The notes beneath the pieces were generated by a model. It searched no databases. It worked only from the letters and a program-made list of their open reading frames with translations, and was not told the origin of the DNA. This document shows positions 9,144 to 19,058 of a stretch of DNA of 37,829 nucleotides, piece after piece (positions within the stretch are counted from its first letter, which is position 1; each line of letters begins with the position of its first letter). Made by a program: the position numbers and the translations under genes. Location: the sequence record SRR31156797_9135; one strand, written 5' to 3'.

Positions 9144-9866
9144 CTAGTAGTACTCCACATCACAGCTATTACTAATTACTGTACCTTTGCCCTTTCCTTT
9201 TAGAGCATTTAGAATACAGCCATCATCCCTCAATGCTACCATTACGCAGTCAATATCGTTTTCCATGCACATTATAGAAGCAGTGGTATCAAAAGCTTTT
9301 AAGTTATTATCCACAATATGCTCATAACTAACGCATTTAAATGCTTTGGCATCTGGATTTTCCCTAGGATCGCTGTCATATACAGCATCGATATTTTTTG
9401 CCTGAACAAAGCAGTCAGCCCCTATTTCACACGCACGCAATGCTGCAGCAGTATCGGTTGTAAAGAACGGATTACCTGTACCACATGCGAATATCACAAC
9501 TACTCCCTCTAACAGCAGTTCATTAGCACGTCTTGATGTATAGTAGTCAGCAAATTTATTAACCTGTACAGCTGAAAGAACCTCAGCTTTCGTACCCTGA
9601 CGAATAATATAATCCTTCATTGCCAGTGAATTAATCAGCGTTGCAGCCATTCCCATATTATCGGCAATTGCTCTGTCCATTTTCTTGTCCATTGCACCTC
9701 GCCAGATATTACCTGCACCTATTACTACACCAACTTCAATACCAGACTTTGCAACAGTTGCTATCTGATTGGCAACCTTTTCAAACAACTCAGGATTCAG
9801 TCCAAATCCTTCATCACCAGATAAAGCTTGCCCGCTAAGCTTTAGAACTATTCTTTTGTACTCCAT
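9144..9866 (-). CDS. pyrH: Uridylate kinase (likely start MEYKRIVLK, not the ORF-track start at 9962)
   Basis: KLSGQAL, GNIWRG, GTGNPFFTTDTAAALRA, VYDSDP; follows rpsB-tsf. Confidence 0.93.
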   Translation of the reverse strand: MEYKRIVLKLSGQALSGDEGFGLNPELFEKVANQIATVAKSGIEVGVVIGAGNIWRGAMDKKMDRAIADNMGMAATLINSLAMKDYIIRQGTKAEVLSAVQVNKFADYYTSRRANELLLEGVVVIFACGTGNPFFTTDTAAALRACEIGADCFVQAKNIDAVYDSDPRENPDAKAFKCVSYEHIVDNNLKAFDTTASIMCMENDIDCVMVALRDDGCILNALKGKGKGTVISNSCDVEYY

Positions 9867-10002
9867 TTCATACATGCCTTTCTTCACAATATTGTACAGC
9901 TTTCTACAAAACATTACTACTATAAGCAGAATTCTTTTAGAATAACTACTTGAATTATTCATATAGCAAACAGGGTTTTTATTGTATAAGCTAATAATCT
10001 AC

Positions 10003-10033
10003 AAAAAAAAGAGACTAATAACTAGCCTCTTTT
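10003..10033 (-). terminator. Intrinsic terminator after tsf
   Basis: Minus strand AAAAGAGGCTAG-TTA-TTAGTCTCTTTTTTTT. Confidence 0.8.
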
Positions 10034-10043
10034 ATATATTAAT

Positions 10044-10967
10044 TTATTTCATCTGGCTCATAACTTCTTCAGCAAAGTTTTCTTCACGTTTTTGAAGCCC
10101 TTCACCCATTTCAAAGCGAGTATATTCAGCAATGCTTACTTCAGCACCAATATTTTTTGCATACTGAGCAATGTACTTAGATACTGTTAAATCATTATCT
10201 TTAACAAAAATCTGCTCTTGCAGACAAATTGTTTTGTAGTGCTTATTGATTCTGCCATTTACGATATTGTTAGCAATCTTTTCTGGCTTGCCTTCATTAA
10301 TTGCTTGGTTAAATAGGATTTCTTTTTCCTTCTCTAACTCTTCTGAAGGAACTTCTTCCTTAGTGTTGTACTTAGGATTAGCAGCAGCAATGTGCATACA
10401 TATATCCTTAGCAAAAGCATTGAATCCAGCGTCAGATGTATCTGCACTATCAATGTTTAGCAAAACACCAATTTTGCCGCCCATATGAATATAAGTACCT
10501 ACATAACCAGCTGAATTTTCATATCTTACGAAACGTCTAACGCTGATTTTCTCACCAATTTTTGCCACCTTTTCAGTTACAGCTTCTTCAACTGTCTTTG
10601 TATTATCACTAACTAATTTCTGTGAAAGCAGTTCATCAACATCTGCTGGGTTTTGAGCGACAATATGCTCTGCGATTGATTTCACAAATGCAACAAACTC
10701 ATCAGTCTTTCCAACAAAGTCTGTTTCACAGTTAACTTCAACTAGCGCACCAGCTTTGCCATCTTCTGAAACAAATGAACCAACAACTCCTTCAGCAGCA
10801 ATTCTGCCTGCTTTTTTTGCAGCAGCAGCCAGTCCTTTTTCACGCAGGAACTCAACAGCTTTTTCTACGTCACCATCAGTCTCTACCATGGCTTTTTTGC
10901 AGTCCATCATACCGGCACCAGTTTGTGCTCTTAGGTTCATAACATCTTTTGCAGTAAAATTTGCCAT
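10044..10967 (-). CDS. tsf: Elongation factor Ts
   Basis: LR..TGAGMMDCKKA, EVNCETDFV, MHIAA. Confidence 0.98.
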   Translation of the reverse strand: MANFTAKDVMNLRAQTGAGMMDCKKAMVETDGDVEKAVEFLREKGLAAAAKKAGRIAAEGVVGSFVSEDGKAGALVEVNCETDFVGKTDEFVAFVKSIAEHIVAQNPADVDELLSQKLVSDNTKTVEEAVTEKVAKIGEKISVRRFVRYENSAGYVGTYIHMGGKIGVLLNIDSADTSDAGFNAFAKDICMHIAAANPKYNTKEEVPSEELEKEKEILFNQAINEGKPEKIANNIVNGRINKHYKTICLQEQIFVKDNDLTVSKYIAQYAKNIGAEVSIAEYTRFEMGEGLQKREENFAEEVMSQMK

Positions 10968-10993
10968 ATTTATCTCCTTATAAACTTAATACT

Positions 10994-11809
10994 TTACTCT
11001 TCTGCAGCAGCTTCCAGAGCTTCATCAACGCTCTCTACTGCCTCTTCTGCTGGAGCCTCTGCTTTAGCTTCACTACCCTTTTCATCTATTGGTTTTGCTT
11101 CCTCTACAGGAGCTTCCTCCAGCTGTTCGCCTTGTTTACCCTCAATTACTGCATTTGCCATAGCTGATGCAATCAGCTTAACAGCACGTATAGCATCGTC
11201 ATTACCTGGAATAACGTAATCAACTTCATCAGGGTCACAGTTAGTATCTACAATAGCTACTACTGGTATACCCAGCTTCTTTGCTTCCGCAATTGCCAAA
11301 TGCTCTTTCTTAGGATCAACGATAAATAGTGCATCAGGCATCTTAGGCATATTCTTTATCCCGCCTAAGTTCTTCTCAAGCTTTTCTCTTTCGCCCATTA
11401 GCTTGATAATTTCTTTTTTAGGTCTCAATTTAAATTCTTCAGTATTTTCAATATTGTCCAGATACTTAAGTCTATCAATACGCTTTTTGATTGTTTTGAA
11501 ATTTGTAAGCAGTCCGCCTAGCCAACGGTTTGAAATGTAGTACATTCCGCAGCGTTTTGCTTCGGTTTCTATAGCTTCCTGTGCCTGCTTCTTTGTACCA
11601 ACGAATAGAACGATACCGTTATTCTCAGATACTTCTTTGATGTAATTGTAAGCGATATCTGCCAGCTTAACTGTCTTTTGTAGGTCTAAAATGTAAATGC
11701 TGTTTCTCTCTGTGAAGATATAAGGCTTCATTTTAGGATTCCAGCGTCTTGTTTGGTGTCCGAAATGCACACCTGCTTCTAGCAATTGTTTCATTGAAAT
11801 TGCTGCCAT
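10994..11809 (-). CDS. rpsB: 30S ribosomal protein S2 (likely start MAAISMK)
   Basis: [42 protein letters not shown] before 11809. Confidence 0.98.
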   Translation of the reverse strand: MAAISMKQLLEAGVHFGHQTRRWNPKMKPYIFTERNSIYILDLQKTVKLADIAYNYIKEVSENNGIVLFVGTKKQAQEAIETEAKRCGMYYISNRWLGGLLTNFKTIKKRIDRLKYLDNIENTEEFKLRPKKEIIKLMGEREKLEKNLGGIKNMPKMPDALFIVDPKKEHLAIAEAKKLGIPVVAIVDTNCDPDEVDYVIPGNDDAIRAVKLIASAMANAVIEGKQGEQLEEAPVEEAKPIDEKGSEAKAEAPAEEAVESVDEALEAAAEE

Positions 11810-11821
11810 AAAAATATTTCC

Positions 11822-11906
11822 TCCGAATTTTGTTTTTGCCTCCCTTGACTGCATCTAATCTAACCTATAAAAAGGCAACAAAACTAGACCAACATCAAGG
11901 TGTGTT
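11822..11906 (-). promoter_or_regulatory. rpsB (S2) 5' leader, likely autogenous control element
   Basis: Minus strand begins ACACAC; CCUUGA...UCAAGG outer stem with inner UCUAGU/AUUAGA pairing, between promoter and RBS. Confidence 0.6.
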
Positions 11907-11917
11907 ATGCTTTGAGG

Positions 11918-11946
11918 ATTATAACATAGTTTTATGCCTTAATCAA
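11918..11946 (-). promoter_or_regulatory. sigma70 promoter of rpsB-tsf
   Basis: Minus strand TTGATT, 17 bp, TATAAT with extended TG. Confidence 0.8.
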
Positions 11947-12119
11947 GGGCTTTTTAGCGTATCATTACCTTTTTATTGCTGCTAAATAAGTAATACATAA
12001 TCAGTGTTCTATAACTTGAAAACAAACACCTAATTATAACATCTTTACATTAATTTTTGATTACTACAGCATTATGTAATTATAAAACCTGTTCTTATTA
12101 TCTATCAACAATATAGTTA

Positions 12120-12148
12120 TGGAAAGGAATGATATTTAATGTTATAAT
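12120..12148 (+). promoter_or_regulatory. sigma70 promoter 6 nt before the DUF5685 ATG (leaderless candidate)
   Basis: TGGAAA, 17 bp, TATAAT (12143-12148) with extended TG. Confidence 0.6.
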
Positions 12149-12154
12149 GCATAC

Positions 12155-13015
12155 ATGTTTGGATACTTGAGACCTGAAGTCAACGAATTAAAAGTGCGTC
12201 AGCACACAAAATATAAAGCAATGTACTGCGGTCTATGCAAATCTATAGGCAAACACGCATCAAATACCACTAGGCTGACATTGCAATATGATATGGCATC
12301 TTTTGCATATATACTATCGGATATAATTGGTATGAAATCAGAAATCAAGTATGGAAGGTGTGTATTGCATCCTATAAAGCCTCGTCCAATGGTAATGGAT
12401 AATAAAGCACTTGAATATGCTGCAAATGTCAGCAGCCTTCTGGCACATAATAAACTAGATGATATGTGGCTGGATGAAAAAAAAATATATGCACCATTAG
12501 CAAAATTTATGATAAAATCAGGGTACAGGAAGTCCCTAAGTAATTCCGCTTACCTAAGCGATACTATTAATAAGCAGCTAAAACTGCTGCATGAATATGA
12601 GAATTCTGATGATATAAGCATGGATTACCCTGCCCTTACATCTGGTACAATCATGGAAGCAATTGCAAACAATGCACCTATTGAAGATAAAGTTACAAAA
12701 AGACTTCTGTCTGACATGATGAAAAACCTCGGTATGTGGTTATATTTAGCAGATGCTGTGGATGATTTGGAGTCGGATATCAAAAAGAAGAATTATAATC
12801 CTTTTATCAGAAATGGATGTATTGATAAAACAAAAGTAGATGCTGCTAAGGACATAATGATATTTATGCTTGCACAAGCTGCAAAGGCTAGAGATTTGAT
12901 GGAATTGAACGATAACGGAGAGTTTTTGGACAATATATTGTATATATCACTACCAAATACAACAAATAAGTTGTTTAACAAATATAATAAATTTATATCA
13001 GAAGCAAAGGAATAA
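12155..13015 (+). CDS. DUF5685-family protein
   Basis: MFGY.RP...ELK, YCGLC, RLTL.YD, RC.LHP, K..D...DE, DA.DDLE.D.KK.NYNP. Confidence 0.8.
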   Translation: MFGYLRPEVNELKVRQHTKYKAMYCGLCKSIGKHASNTTRLTLQYDMASFAYILSDIIGMKSEIKYGRCVLHPIKPRPMVMDNKALEYAANVSSLLAHNKLDDMWLDEKKIYAPLAKFMIKSGYRKSLSNSAYLSDTINKQLKLLHEYENSDDISMDYPALTSGTIMEAIANNAPIEDKVTKRLLSDMMKNLGMWLYLADAVDDLESDIKKKNYNPFIRNGCIDKTKVDAAKDIMIFMLAQAAKARDLMELNDNGEFLDNILYISLPNTTNKLFNKYNKFISEAKE

Positions 13016-13024
13016 AAGCAAGAA

Positions 13025-13639
13025 ATGAATCCATATAAAGTTTTAGGAGTAGATGAGAACGCTACACAGACAGAGATAAAAACCGCATACAGAAATTTAG
13101 TAAAAAAATATCATCCTGATAGATATATTGACAATCCTTTGTCAGATTTGGCACAGGAAAAAATGCGTGAAATAAACCAGGCTTATGACATGCTGGAAGG
13201 CAAATCTGCATCTTCTAGCAGTAATACATATTCTAATTCAAGTAATAGCGGAAGCTATTCATCAAGCAGCTCAAACGATACAATAACCTTTATGCATATT
13301 CGCCAACTGATTAATTCAAGGAGGATTGACGAAGCTTTCGCAGCTTTGCAAAAAATCAAAAATCATAATGCTGAGTGGAATTACTTAATGGCTACATGCT
13401 ATTCATGGAAAGGAATGTACCAGCAGGCAAGTCATTACTTTAATGTTGCTTGTCAGATGGATCCTTCTAATCTTGAGTATGCCAGAAGTGCCAACAATAT
13501 GCATAACACAAACAGACAATATACACGCCAGTCACAGTCTATGGGAGGCGGTGCATCTGCATGTGACATCTGTTCATGCCTACTTTGCTCAGACTGCTGC
13601 TGCGAATGCATGGGCGGAGACCTTATAGGCTGCTGCTAA
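13025..13639 (+). CDS. J-domain protein with TPR-like segment and Cys-rich C-terminus
   Basis: PYKVLGV...[12 protein letters not shown] (HPD intact); Ser-rich linker; AEWNYL...A...[31 protein letters not shown]. Confidence 0.9.
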   Translation: MNPYKVLGVDENATQTEIKTAYRNLVKKYHPDRYIDNPLSDLAQEKMREINQAYDMLEGKSASSSSNTYSNSSNSGSYSSSSSNDTITFMHIRQLINSRRIDEAFAALQKIKNHNAEWNYLMATCYSWKGMYQQASHYFNVACQMDPSNLEYARSANNMHNTNRQYTRQSQSMGGGASACDICSCLLCSDCCCECMGGDLIGCC

Positions 13640-14155
13640 ATGAAAACCAGCAAATTAACAGTACTTTCAATATTTACTGCTATACAGATAATTTTATTAA
13701 TTATATGTATGGCAATACCTACTATAAAGCTGACTTTGTTATGTGTAATTTCAGCTATAAATGGGTTATTGTACAGATCAGGCAGCAGAATATCGCACAT
13801 TCTTATTTCATATACAGCAGTATGTATCCTTGGATATATATTTATGCTAAATCCTACTGTATACATATCCTATGTATTTTTCTTTGGTTTGTATGGAATT
13901 ATACATCACCTGTTTAGGTTCAAATCTATTATATTTAAACAGATAATTCGCTGGACATTCTTTTCCGCAGCAATTTCTGCTATATATCAGATATTAACAC
14001 GTGTAATGGGAGTGACTTTTCAATTACCTATGTCTATATATATTTATGTTGCCATATTGATTGCAGGGTTTGTTATTTATCAGTATGCATATGAAATTCT
14101 AATCAGCTTAGTGCTTAGTCATCCTTATCTTAGGAAGTTGTTTTTCTCAAATTAA
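13640..14155 (+). CDS. Hypothetical multi-pass membrane protein
   Basis: About five to six hydrophobic segments; ATG directly after the previous stop. Confidence 0.7.
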   Translation: MKTSKLTVLSIFTAIQIILLIICMAIPTIKLTLLCVISAINGLLYRSGSRISHILISYTAVCILGYIFMLNPTVYISYVFFFGLYGIIHHLFRFKSIIFKQIIRWTFFSAAISAIYQILTRVMGVTFQLPMSIYIYVAILIAGFVIYQYAYEILISLVLSHPYLRKLFFSN

Positions 14156-14302
14156 TTACCTGACTTTCACAGAAAAACCATCTTTAATATCATTATTTAC
14201 TATTTGTTAATGACAATTTTACCTTTTCATGTTATGTTATACTAGTTTGTACAGTAAAAATTATCGGGAAATACCGGTTTTCACATACGAAAGGAAATAA
14301 TA

Positions 14303-16135
14303 ATGATAAAACGCAAGGATATCCGTGATATCGCAATAATCGCTCACGTTGACCATGGTAAAACCACCTTGGTTGATACTATGTTCAAGCAAAGCGGAAT
14401 GTTTAGAGATAATCAAGAGACAACAGAGCGTGCTATGGATTCAAATGACTTAGAAAGAGAGCGTGGAATAACAATACTTTCTAAGAACACATCCGTTATG
14501 TATAACGACATTCGTATAAATATAGTAGACACGCCGGGACACGCAGATTTCGGTGGTGAAGTAGAACGCATATTGAGTATGGTATCTGGTGCAATTGTTT
14601 TGGTTGACGCAGCTGAGGGACCAATGCCTCAGACCCGATTCGTATTAAACAAAGCTATGGCTCTGTCACTTCCGCTGATAATTGTAGTAAATAAAGCAGA
14701 CAAACCTGATGCAGACTGCCCAAAAGCAGTAGATGATACTTTAATGCTTCTAATGGAATTAGGTGCAGATGATGAGCAATTAGATTCACCTGTGATCTAT
14801 GCAAGCGGAAGAGACGGGATTTCTGGATTGACTCCTGACAATATGACTGAAACTCTGGAACCACTACTGGAAGCTATTGTAGAGCACATACCATGTCCTG
14901 TCGGCTATCTGGATGCTCCATTTAGAATGCAGGTTTCTACCATTGACCATTCAAATTATGTTGGTCGTATTGCAGTAGGCAGAATTGAAAGAGGCAGCAT
15001 AAAAATTGGAGACAGCGTAGACGTTGCACACATTGATCATGGTAAAGTTTCTAAACAAAGTACTAAAGTAACCAGTATTATGATGTTTGAGGGATTAACA
15101 AGAATACCAGTGGAATCTGCACAGATGGGTGACATTGTTGCAATCAGTGGAATTGATGGCATTGCAATCGGCGATACCATATGTAATCCAAGCGGATTAG
15201 AGCCACTCCCTGTTATAAAAGTATCTGAACCTACAGTATCTATGACTTTCTCCGTAAACAACGGTCCATTCGCAGGCAAAGAGGGAGACAAGGTTACATC
15301 TCGTCAGATTGGTGCCCGTCTGGAAAAAGAATCAAAAATCGATGTAGCTCTTCGTGTTGAAACTACTGATTCAGCGGACAGCTTCCGTGTCTGCGGAAGA
15401 GGTGAACTGCACCTGTCAATCCTAGTTGAAACTATGCGCCGTGAAGGCTACGAGTTTATGGTATCAAAGCCTGACATCATTCTTCGCATAGATGATGAAG
15501 GCAAAAAGGAGCCAATTGAATTGCTTGTAATTGATTCTCCTGAAGAATATTCAGGTGCTATAATGAACAATCTGAATATACGTAAAGCTCAAATGAAGGA
15601 TATGCAGGTAAAGGATGCTCGTGTTCGTCTGGAATTTATGATAGCTTCCCGTGCACTGTTTGGTTTCCGTGATGAACTGCTGACAGACACAAAAGGAGAA
15701 GCAATAATGAGCTCTGTATTTGATCATTATGGCCCTTGGATGGGCGATATTGCAAGAACCAGACCAGGAGTAATCGTTGCGACAGAACAAGGTCCTGCAA
15801 CTGCATACTCACTAAATACAGCTCAAAAAAGAGGACAGCTATTTATTGGTCCTGGTGAAAAAGTCTATGAAGGTATGATAATCGGTCTTTGCGGTAAGCC
15901 GGAGGATGTAGATGTGAATGTATGCAAAGGCAAAAAGCTTACAAATACACGTGCTTCAGGTAAAGATGATAGTATAATCTTAGCTAATCCTCGTTCAATG
16001 TCACTGGAGGAAAAACTATTATTTATCGAGGACGATGAACTCTTGGAGATTACGCCCCACTCACTGCGTTTGCGAAAGAGAATACTAAAAAAAGAGCTTC
16101 GACTAAAAGCAGTCTCAAGAGCAAAAAAAAATTAA
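14303..16135 (+). CDS. typA: Translational GTPase TypA/BipA
   Basis: [48 protein letters not shown]. Confidence 0.98.
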   Translation: MIKRKDIRDIAIIAHVDHGKTTLVDTMFKQSGMFRDNQETTERAMDSNDLERERGITILSKNTSVMYNDIRINIVDTPGHADFGGEVERILSMVSGAIVLVDAAEGPMPQTRFVLNKAMALSLPLIIVVNKADKPDADCPKAVDDTLMLLMELGADDEQLDSPVIYASGRDGISGLTPDNMTETLEPLLEAIVEHIPCPVGYLDAPFRMQVSTIDHSNYVGRIAVGRIERGSIKIGDSVDVAHIDHGKVSKQSTKVTSIMMFEGLTRIPVESAQMGDIVAISGIDGIAIGDTICNPSGLEPLPVIKVSEPTVSMTFSVNNGPFAGKEGDKVTSRQIGARLEKESKIDVALRVETTDSADSFRVCGRGELHLSILVETMRREGYEFMVSKPDIILRIDDEGKKEPIELLVIDSPEEYSGAIMNNLNIRKAQMKDMQVKDARVRLEFMIASRALFGFRDELLTDTKGEAIMSSVFDHYGPWMGDIARTRPGVIVATEQGPATAYSLNTAQKRGQLFIGPGEKVYEGMIIGLCGKPEDVDVNVCKGKKLTNTRASGKDDSIILANPRSMSLEEKLLFIEDDELLEITPHSLRLRKRILKKELRLKAVSRAKKN

Positions 16136-16142
16136 AGTAATT

Positions 16143-16170
16143 AAGAGATGTTAAATTAGCATCTCTTTTT
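16143..16170 (+). terminator. Intrinsic terminator after typA
   Basis: AAGAGATG...CATCTCTT followed by a T tract. Confidence 0.85.
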
Positions 16171-16172
16171 CT

Positions 16173-16201
16173 TTGACAATATACATGATTTTCACTATTA
16201 T
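16173..16201 (+). promoter_or_regulatory. sigma70 promoter upstream of the tandem element and dgkA
   Basis: TTGACA (16173-16178), 17 bp, TATTAT (16196-16201). Confidence 0.8.
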
Positions 16202-16216
16202 TAAATTATATTTATT

Positions 16217-16326
16217 AAGGAGCTTTTATACAATAAAGCGAAGCCCCTGCTAAAAAACGAACTACATAACGATGTTGTGGCTAGTTACTGGTTTGTATGA
16301 AATCTAGTGACTGGGCATACATTAAC
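16217..16326 (+). ncRNA. Putative structured non-coding element, copy 1 (family not recognised)
   Basis: AAGGAGCTTTTAT...AAAGCGAAGCCCC...GAACTA...long hairpin...CATACATTAAC; repeated 153 bp downstream. Confidence 0.5.
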
Positions 16327-16369
16327 AGTTTTGTGTATCACAATTATTTTCTTGCTATGTATATTGTAC

Positions 16370-16481
16370 AAGGAGCTTTTATAAAATAAAAGCGAAGCCC
16401 CAGCTGGAAAATGAACTAAACAGCGACGGTATGGTTAATAACTAATTTATTTTATATTCGAGTGATTAGACATACATTAAC
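16370..16481 (+). ncRNA. Putative structured non-coding element, copy 2
   Basis: Diverged copy of 16217-16326 with base-pair-preserving substitutions. Confidence 0.5.
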
Positions 16482-16534
16482 GATTATGTGAAAAAGTTTA
16501 TTTCTAAATAGGCACAACTAACAAGGATACAATT

Positions 16535-16885
16535 ATGAAACTTTCATCATTTAAACATGCTTTTAAAGGCATTTTATCAGCCCTTAAAACGGAAACTAAT
16601 TTTGTTGTAATGTTTATGGCATTCATTCTAGTTCTAATATTTAATATCGTATTAATGGTTACGCCAATTCACTGGATTGCAACTCTCATATGCTGCGGCA
16701 TGTGTTTAGGTTGTGAATTGATTAATTCTTCAATTGAAAAATGTGTGGATATGATAACCAAAGAAATCAAAAAAGAAGCAAAACTAGCAAAGGATTTTGC
16801 TGCTGGAGCTTCACTTTTATGTTCAATTGTTTCTGCTGTTATCGGGGCTATTATTTATCTGCCGTATATTTTTAAACTTTTCTAA
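16535..16885 (+). CDS. dgkA: Diacylglycerol/undecaprenol kinase family (DgkA-like)
   Basis: SFKHAFKGI...E.NF, ELINSSIE..VD, AKLAKD.AAGA; three TM segments. Confidence 0.88.
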   Translation: MKLSSFKHAFKGILSALKTETNFVVMFMAFILVLIFNIVLMVTPIHWIATLICCGMCLGCELINSSIEKCVDMITKEIKKEAKLAKDFAAGASLLCSIVSAVIGAIIYLPYIFKLF

Positions 16886-16904
16886 TAGTGATAGTATTGA
16901 TTAT

Positions 16905-16936
16905 AAAAAAAATGGACAGCCCTTTACGGCCATCCA
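16905..16936 (-). terminator. Intrinsic terminator after the pilin gene
   Basis: Minus strand TGGATGGCC-GTAAAG-GGCTGTCCA followed by a T run. Confidence 0.8.
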
Positions 16937-16997
16937 CACTAGTTAAATCAATTCCTATATATTTCTAAGTTAGTAGTCTTAAATCAGATACTGATTA

Positions 16998-17402
16998 TTA
17001 ATCATCTTCTTCTGCATCTTCTGCTGCTGATGTATTAACCATTAATTCTACTTTTGCATCTCCTTCAGCTGATAGTGTAGTAATGTAAGTTAAAGCATCT
17101 GTGTAGTCAGCATCAGCAATTGAAATTTGGTTATCACAAATCCCATTGAAGTATACAGCAAAATTTTCTGATACTCCATCAGGTGATAACATAGCTTTTG
17201 TTACTTGGTTGTCCTCGTTCTCTGGCATTGCATTGTGAGCGTTTACACATTGAGCAATAATTTTTGCATTTGCAATATCAGCGTTTACTCTAGCTTTCTC
17301 TTGGATGTTGTTGTAAGATGGAACAGCTATAGCAGCTAAAATAGCAATAATAGCAATAACCACGATTAGTTCGATTAGTGTGAAACCTTTTGAATTTGTC
17401 AT
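16998..17402 (-). CDS. Type IV pilin (prepilin with class III signal)
   Basis: [29 protein letters not shown]-1, F+1, E+5. Confidence 0.92.
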   Translation of the reverse strand: MTNSKGFTLIELIVVIAIIAILAAIAVPSYNNIQEKARVNADIANAKIIAQCVNAHNAMPENEDNQVTKAMLSPDGVSENFAVYFNGICDNQISIADADYTDALTYITTLSAEGDAKVELMVNTSAAEDAEEDD

Positions 17403-17475
17403 TTGTCAATCCTCCATTAATAATTTTATATTTTTTATTTATATTTACATTAATAAATAATGCTTAATATACATA

Positions 17476-18681
17476 TTACATTATGTCGCCCATGCTAAAC
17501 ATTGGTACAAGTATTGCCATTACTACAAACATTACTATTCCGCCCAGAACCACTATTATTGCCGGTTCCATCATTCCCATAAGTCTAGTAATAGCAGCGT
17601 CCGATTCCTCTTCGTAATATTCAGATACTTTTGTTAGTAATTCGTCCAAGGTTCCTGATTCCTCTCCGACTTTAATCATCTGTGAAACCATTATCGGAAA
17701 AAGTTTCGAATCTTCTATTGAGTCTGATAACGGTACTCCCTGCTTAATCTTTGATGTAGCTGACGATAGCTGATCTTCGCAATATTTATTACTCATTGAC
17801 CGTGATGTTATATCCAGTGAGTCAGTCAAGGATACACCAGCTGAGAATAGTGTAGATAATGTCCTTGTAAATTTAGCAGCCAATATCTTTGAATACAGCT
17901 TCCCAACCATCGGTATGTTCAACTTAAATCTATCAGTTTGCAGTCTGCCGTTCTCGCTTCTAACATAAAAACGAATCAATATTCCCGCTACAGCAAAGAT
18001 GGCTAAAAGCAATCCAGTGTTTGTCTGTACGAAATCACTTACCGATATAAGTGCCTTGGTTACTGCTGGCAAATCCTCTCCATAGCTTGTAAACATATTT
18101 TCAAATGTCGGAACAACATTACTCAGTAGATACCATACTACAACAACACAAACAATCATAATACAAATCGGATATATCATTGCATTTCTAACCTTAGTCT
18201 TTTGCGTGTTGTCCTTCTTGAACATAAGACCCATACGAGCAAAAGATGTATCCAAGGTACCAGATGCTTCACCAGCCTGAATCATTGATATGAATATCCC
18301 CGGAAATCTATCCTCATGTTGCTTGAAAGCATCTGACATAGATGAACCAGACTGAATCTTGCTGTTAACATCTACTAAAACTTTCTGCAGCTGCTTGTTA
18401 TCGGACTGTTCACACATCATTCCCAATCCCTTGGTCATGGGAACCCCTGAGCGAAGTATAGCACCAAACTGTTCACAGAATATATATAATACCTTAGCAC
18501 TAAACTTCTTGAAGATTACTATTTCTTTATTAACAATTGACTCGTACTGCTGCTTTATCTCCAGTGGATAAAACTGCTTCTGACGAATCATCTCTCTAAC
18601 ATCTTCAATACTAGAAGCTTCGTATACACCTTCAATTATCTGTCCTTGGTTATTTGAAGCTTTATATTTAAACTTTTCCAC
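17476..18681 (-). CDS. pilC: Type IV pilus inner-membrane platform protein PilC / T2SS F family
   Basis: GTG start with AGGAG RBS; two GspF repeats (AGEASGTL, VGEESGTL), AMIYP, MEPAII. Confidence 0.92.
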   Translation of the reverse strand: MEKFKYKASNNQGQIIEGVYEASSIEDVREMIRQKQFYPLEIKQQYESIVNKEIVIFKKFSAKVLYIFCEQFGAILRSGVPMTKGLGMMCEQSDNKQLQKVLVDVNSKIQSGSSMSDAFKQHEDRFPGIFISMIQAGEASGTLDTSFARMGLMFKKDNTQKTKVRNAMIYPICIMIVCVVVVWYLLSNVVPTFENMFTSYGEDLPAVTKALISVSDFVQTNTGLLLAIFAVAGILIRFYVRSENGRLQTDRFKLNIPMVGKLYSKILAAKFTRTLSTLFSAGVSLTDSLDITSRSMSNKYCEDQLSSATSKIKQGVPLSDSIEDSKLFPIMVSQMIKVGEESGTLDELLTKVSEYYEEESDAAITRLMGMMEPAIIVVLGGIVMFVVMAILVPMFSMGDIM

Positions 18682-18833
18682 TATCTATCTCCTGTTCGCA
18701 GATTAGATACTTATTCCCCATTTATCCACTTCATTGAACACATAACTACTATAATCCAAATTATAGGATATGAAACAAGTTTTTTAAATCTATTTTGTTG
18801 TCAGCAAAATTGTGTTTTCTTAACAATATGCAT

Positions 18834-18861
18834 ATTATACCACATTTCTTCACTGTAACAA
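18834..18861 (-). promoter_or_regulatory. sigma70 promoter of pilC-pilin
   Basis: Minus strand TTGTTA, 16 bp, TATAAT with extended TG. Confidence 0.6.
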
Positions 18862-19058
18862 TATAAGATTATATAATAACCATAAAAGATGGAATATCAA
18901 TCCAATGACTCAGATGGCATTAATATATTATACAGTATGCAATTTTACCATATATTATTAAGTGTAAATATAATTTCACTTCTTTTATTAACTTTAACAT
19001 TCTTCTTTCATTCTCATAAACTTTCCCAAAAGACAAATATTAAAAATAACTACTTTAT

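Noticed and set aside
9867-9962. N-terminal extensions in the ORF track for pyrH (similarly rpsB 11810-11854, SGNH 27649-27714, RluA 29193-29210)
   Set aside because: Downstream ATGs match the family N-termini and have better RBS or translational coupling
16217-16481. Tandem element as a CRISPR array, glycine/c-di-GMP riboswitch, HDV-like ribozyme or decayed coding repeat
   Set aside because: Only two long diverged units and no cas genes; diagnostic consensus motifs are missing; the best frame has stops and frameshifts and substitutions are spread evenly over codon positions
17403-17475. c-di-GMP riboswitch upstream of the pilin, as in some clostridial pil loci
   Set aside because: The intergenic region is a short, nearly pure AT stretch with no aptamer motifs
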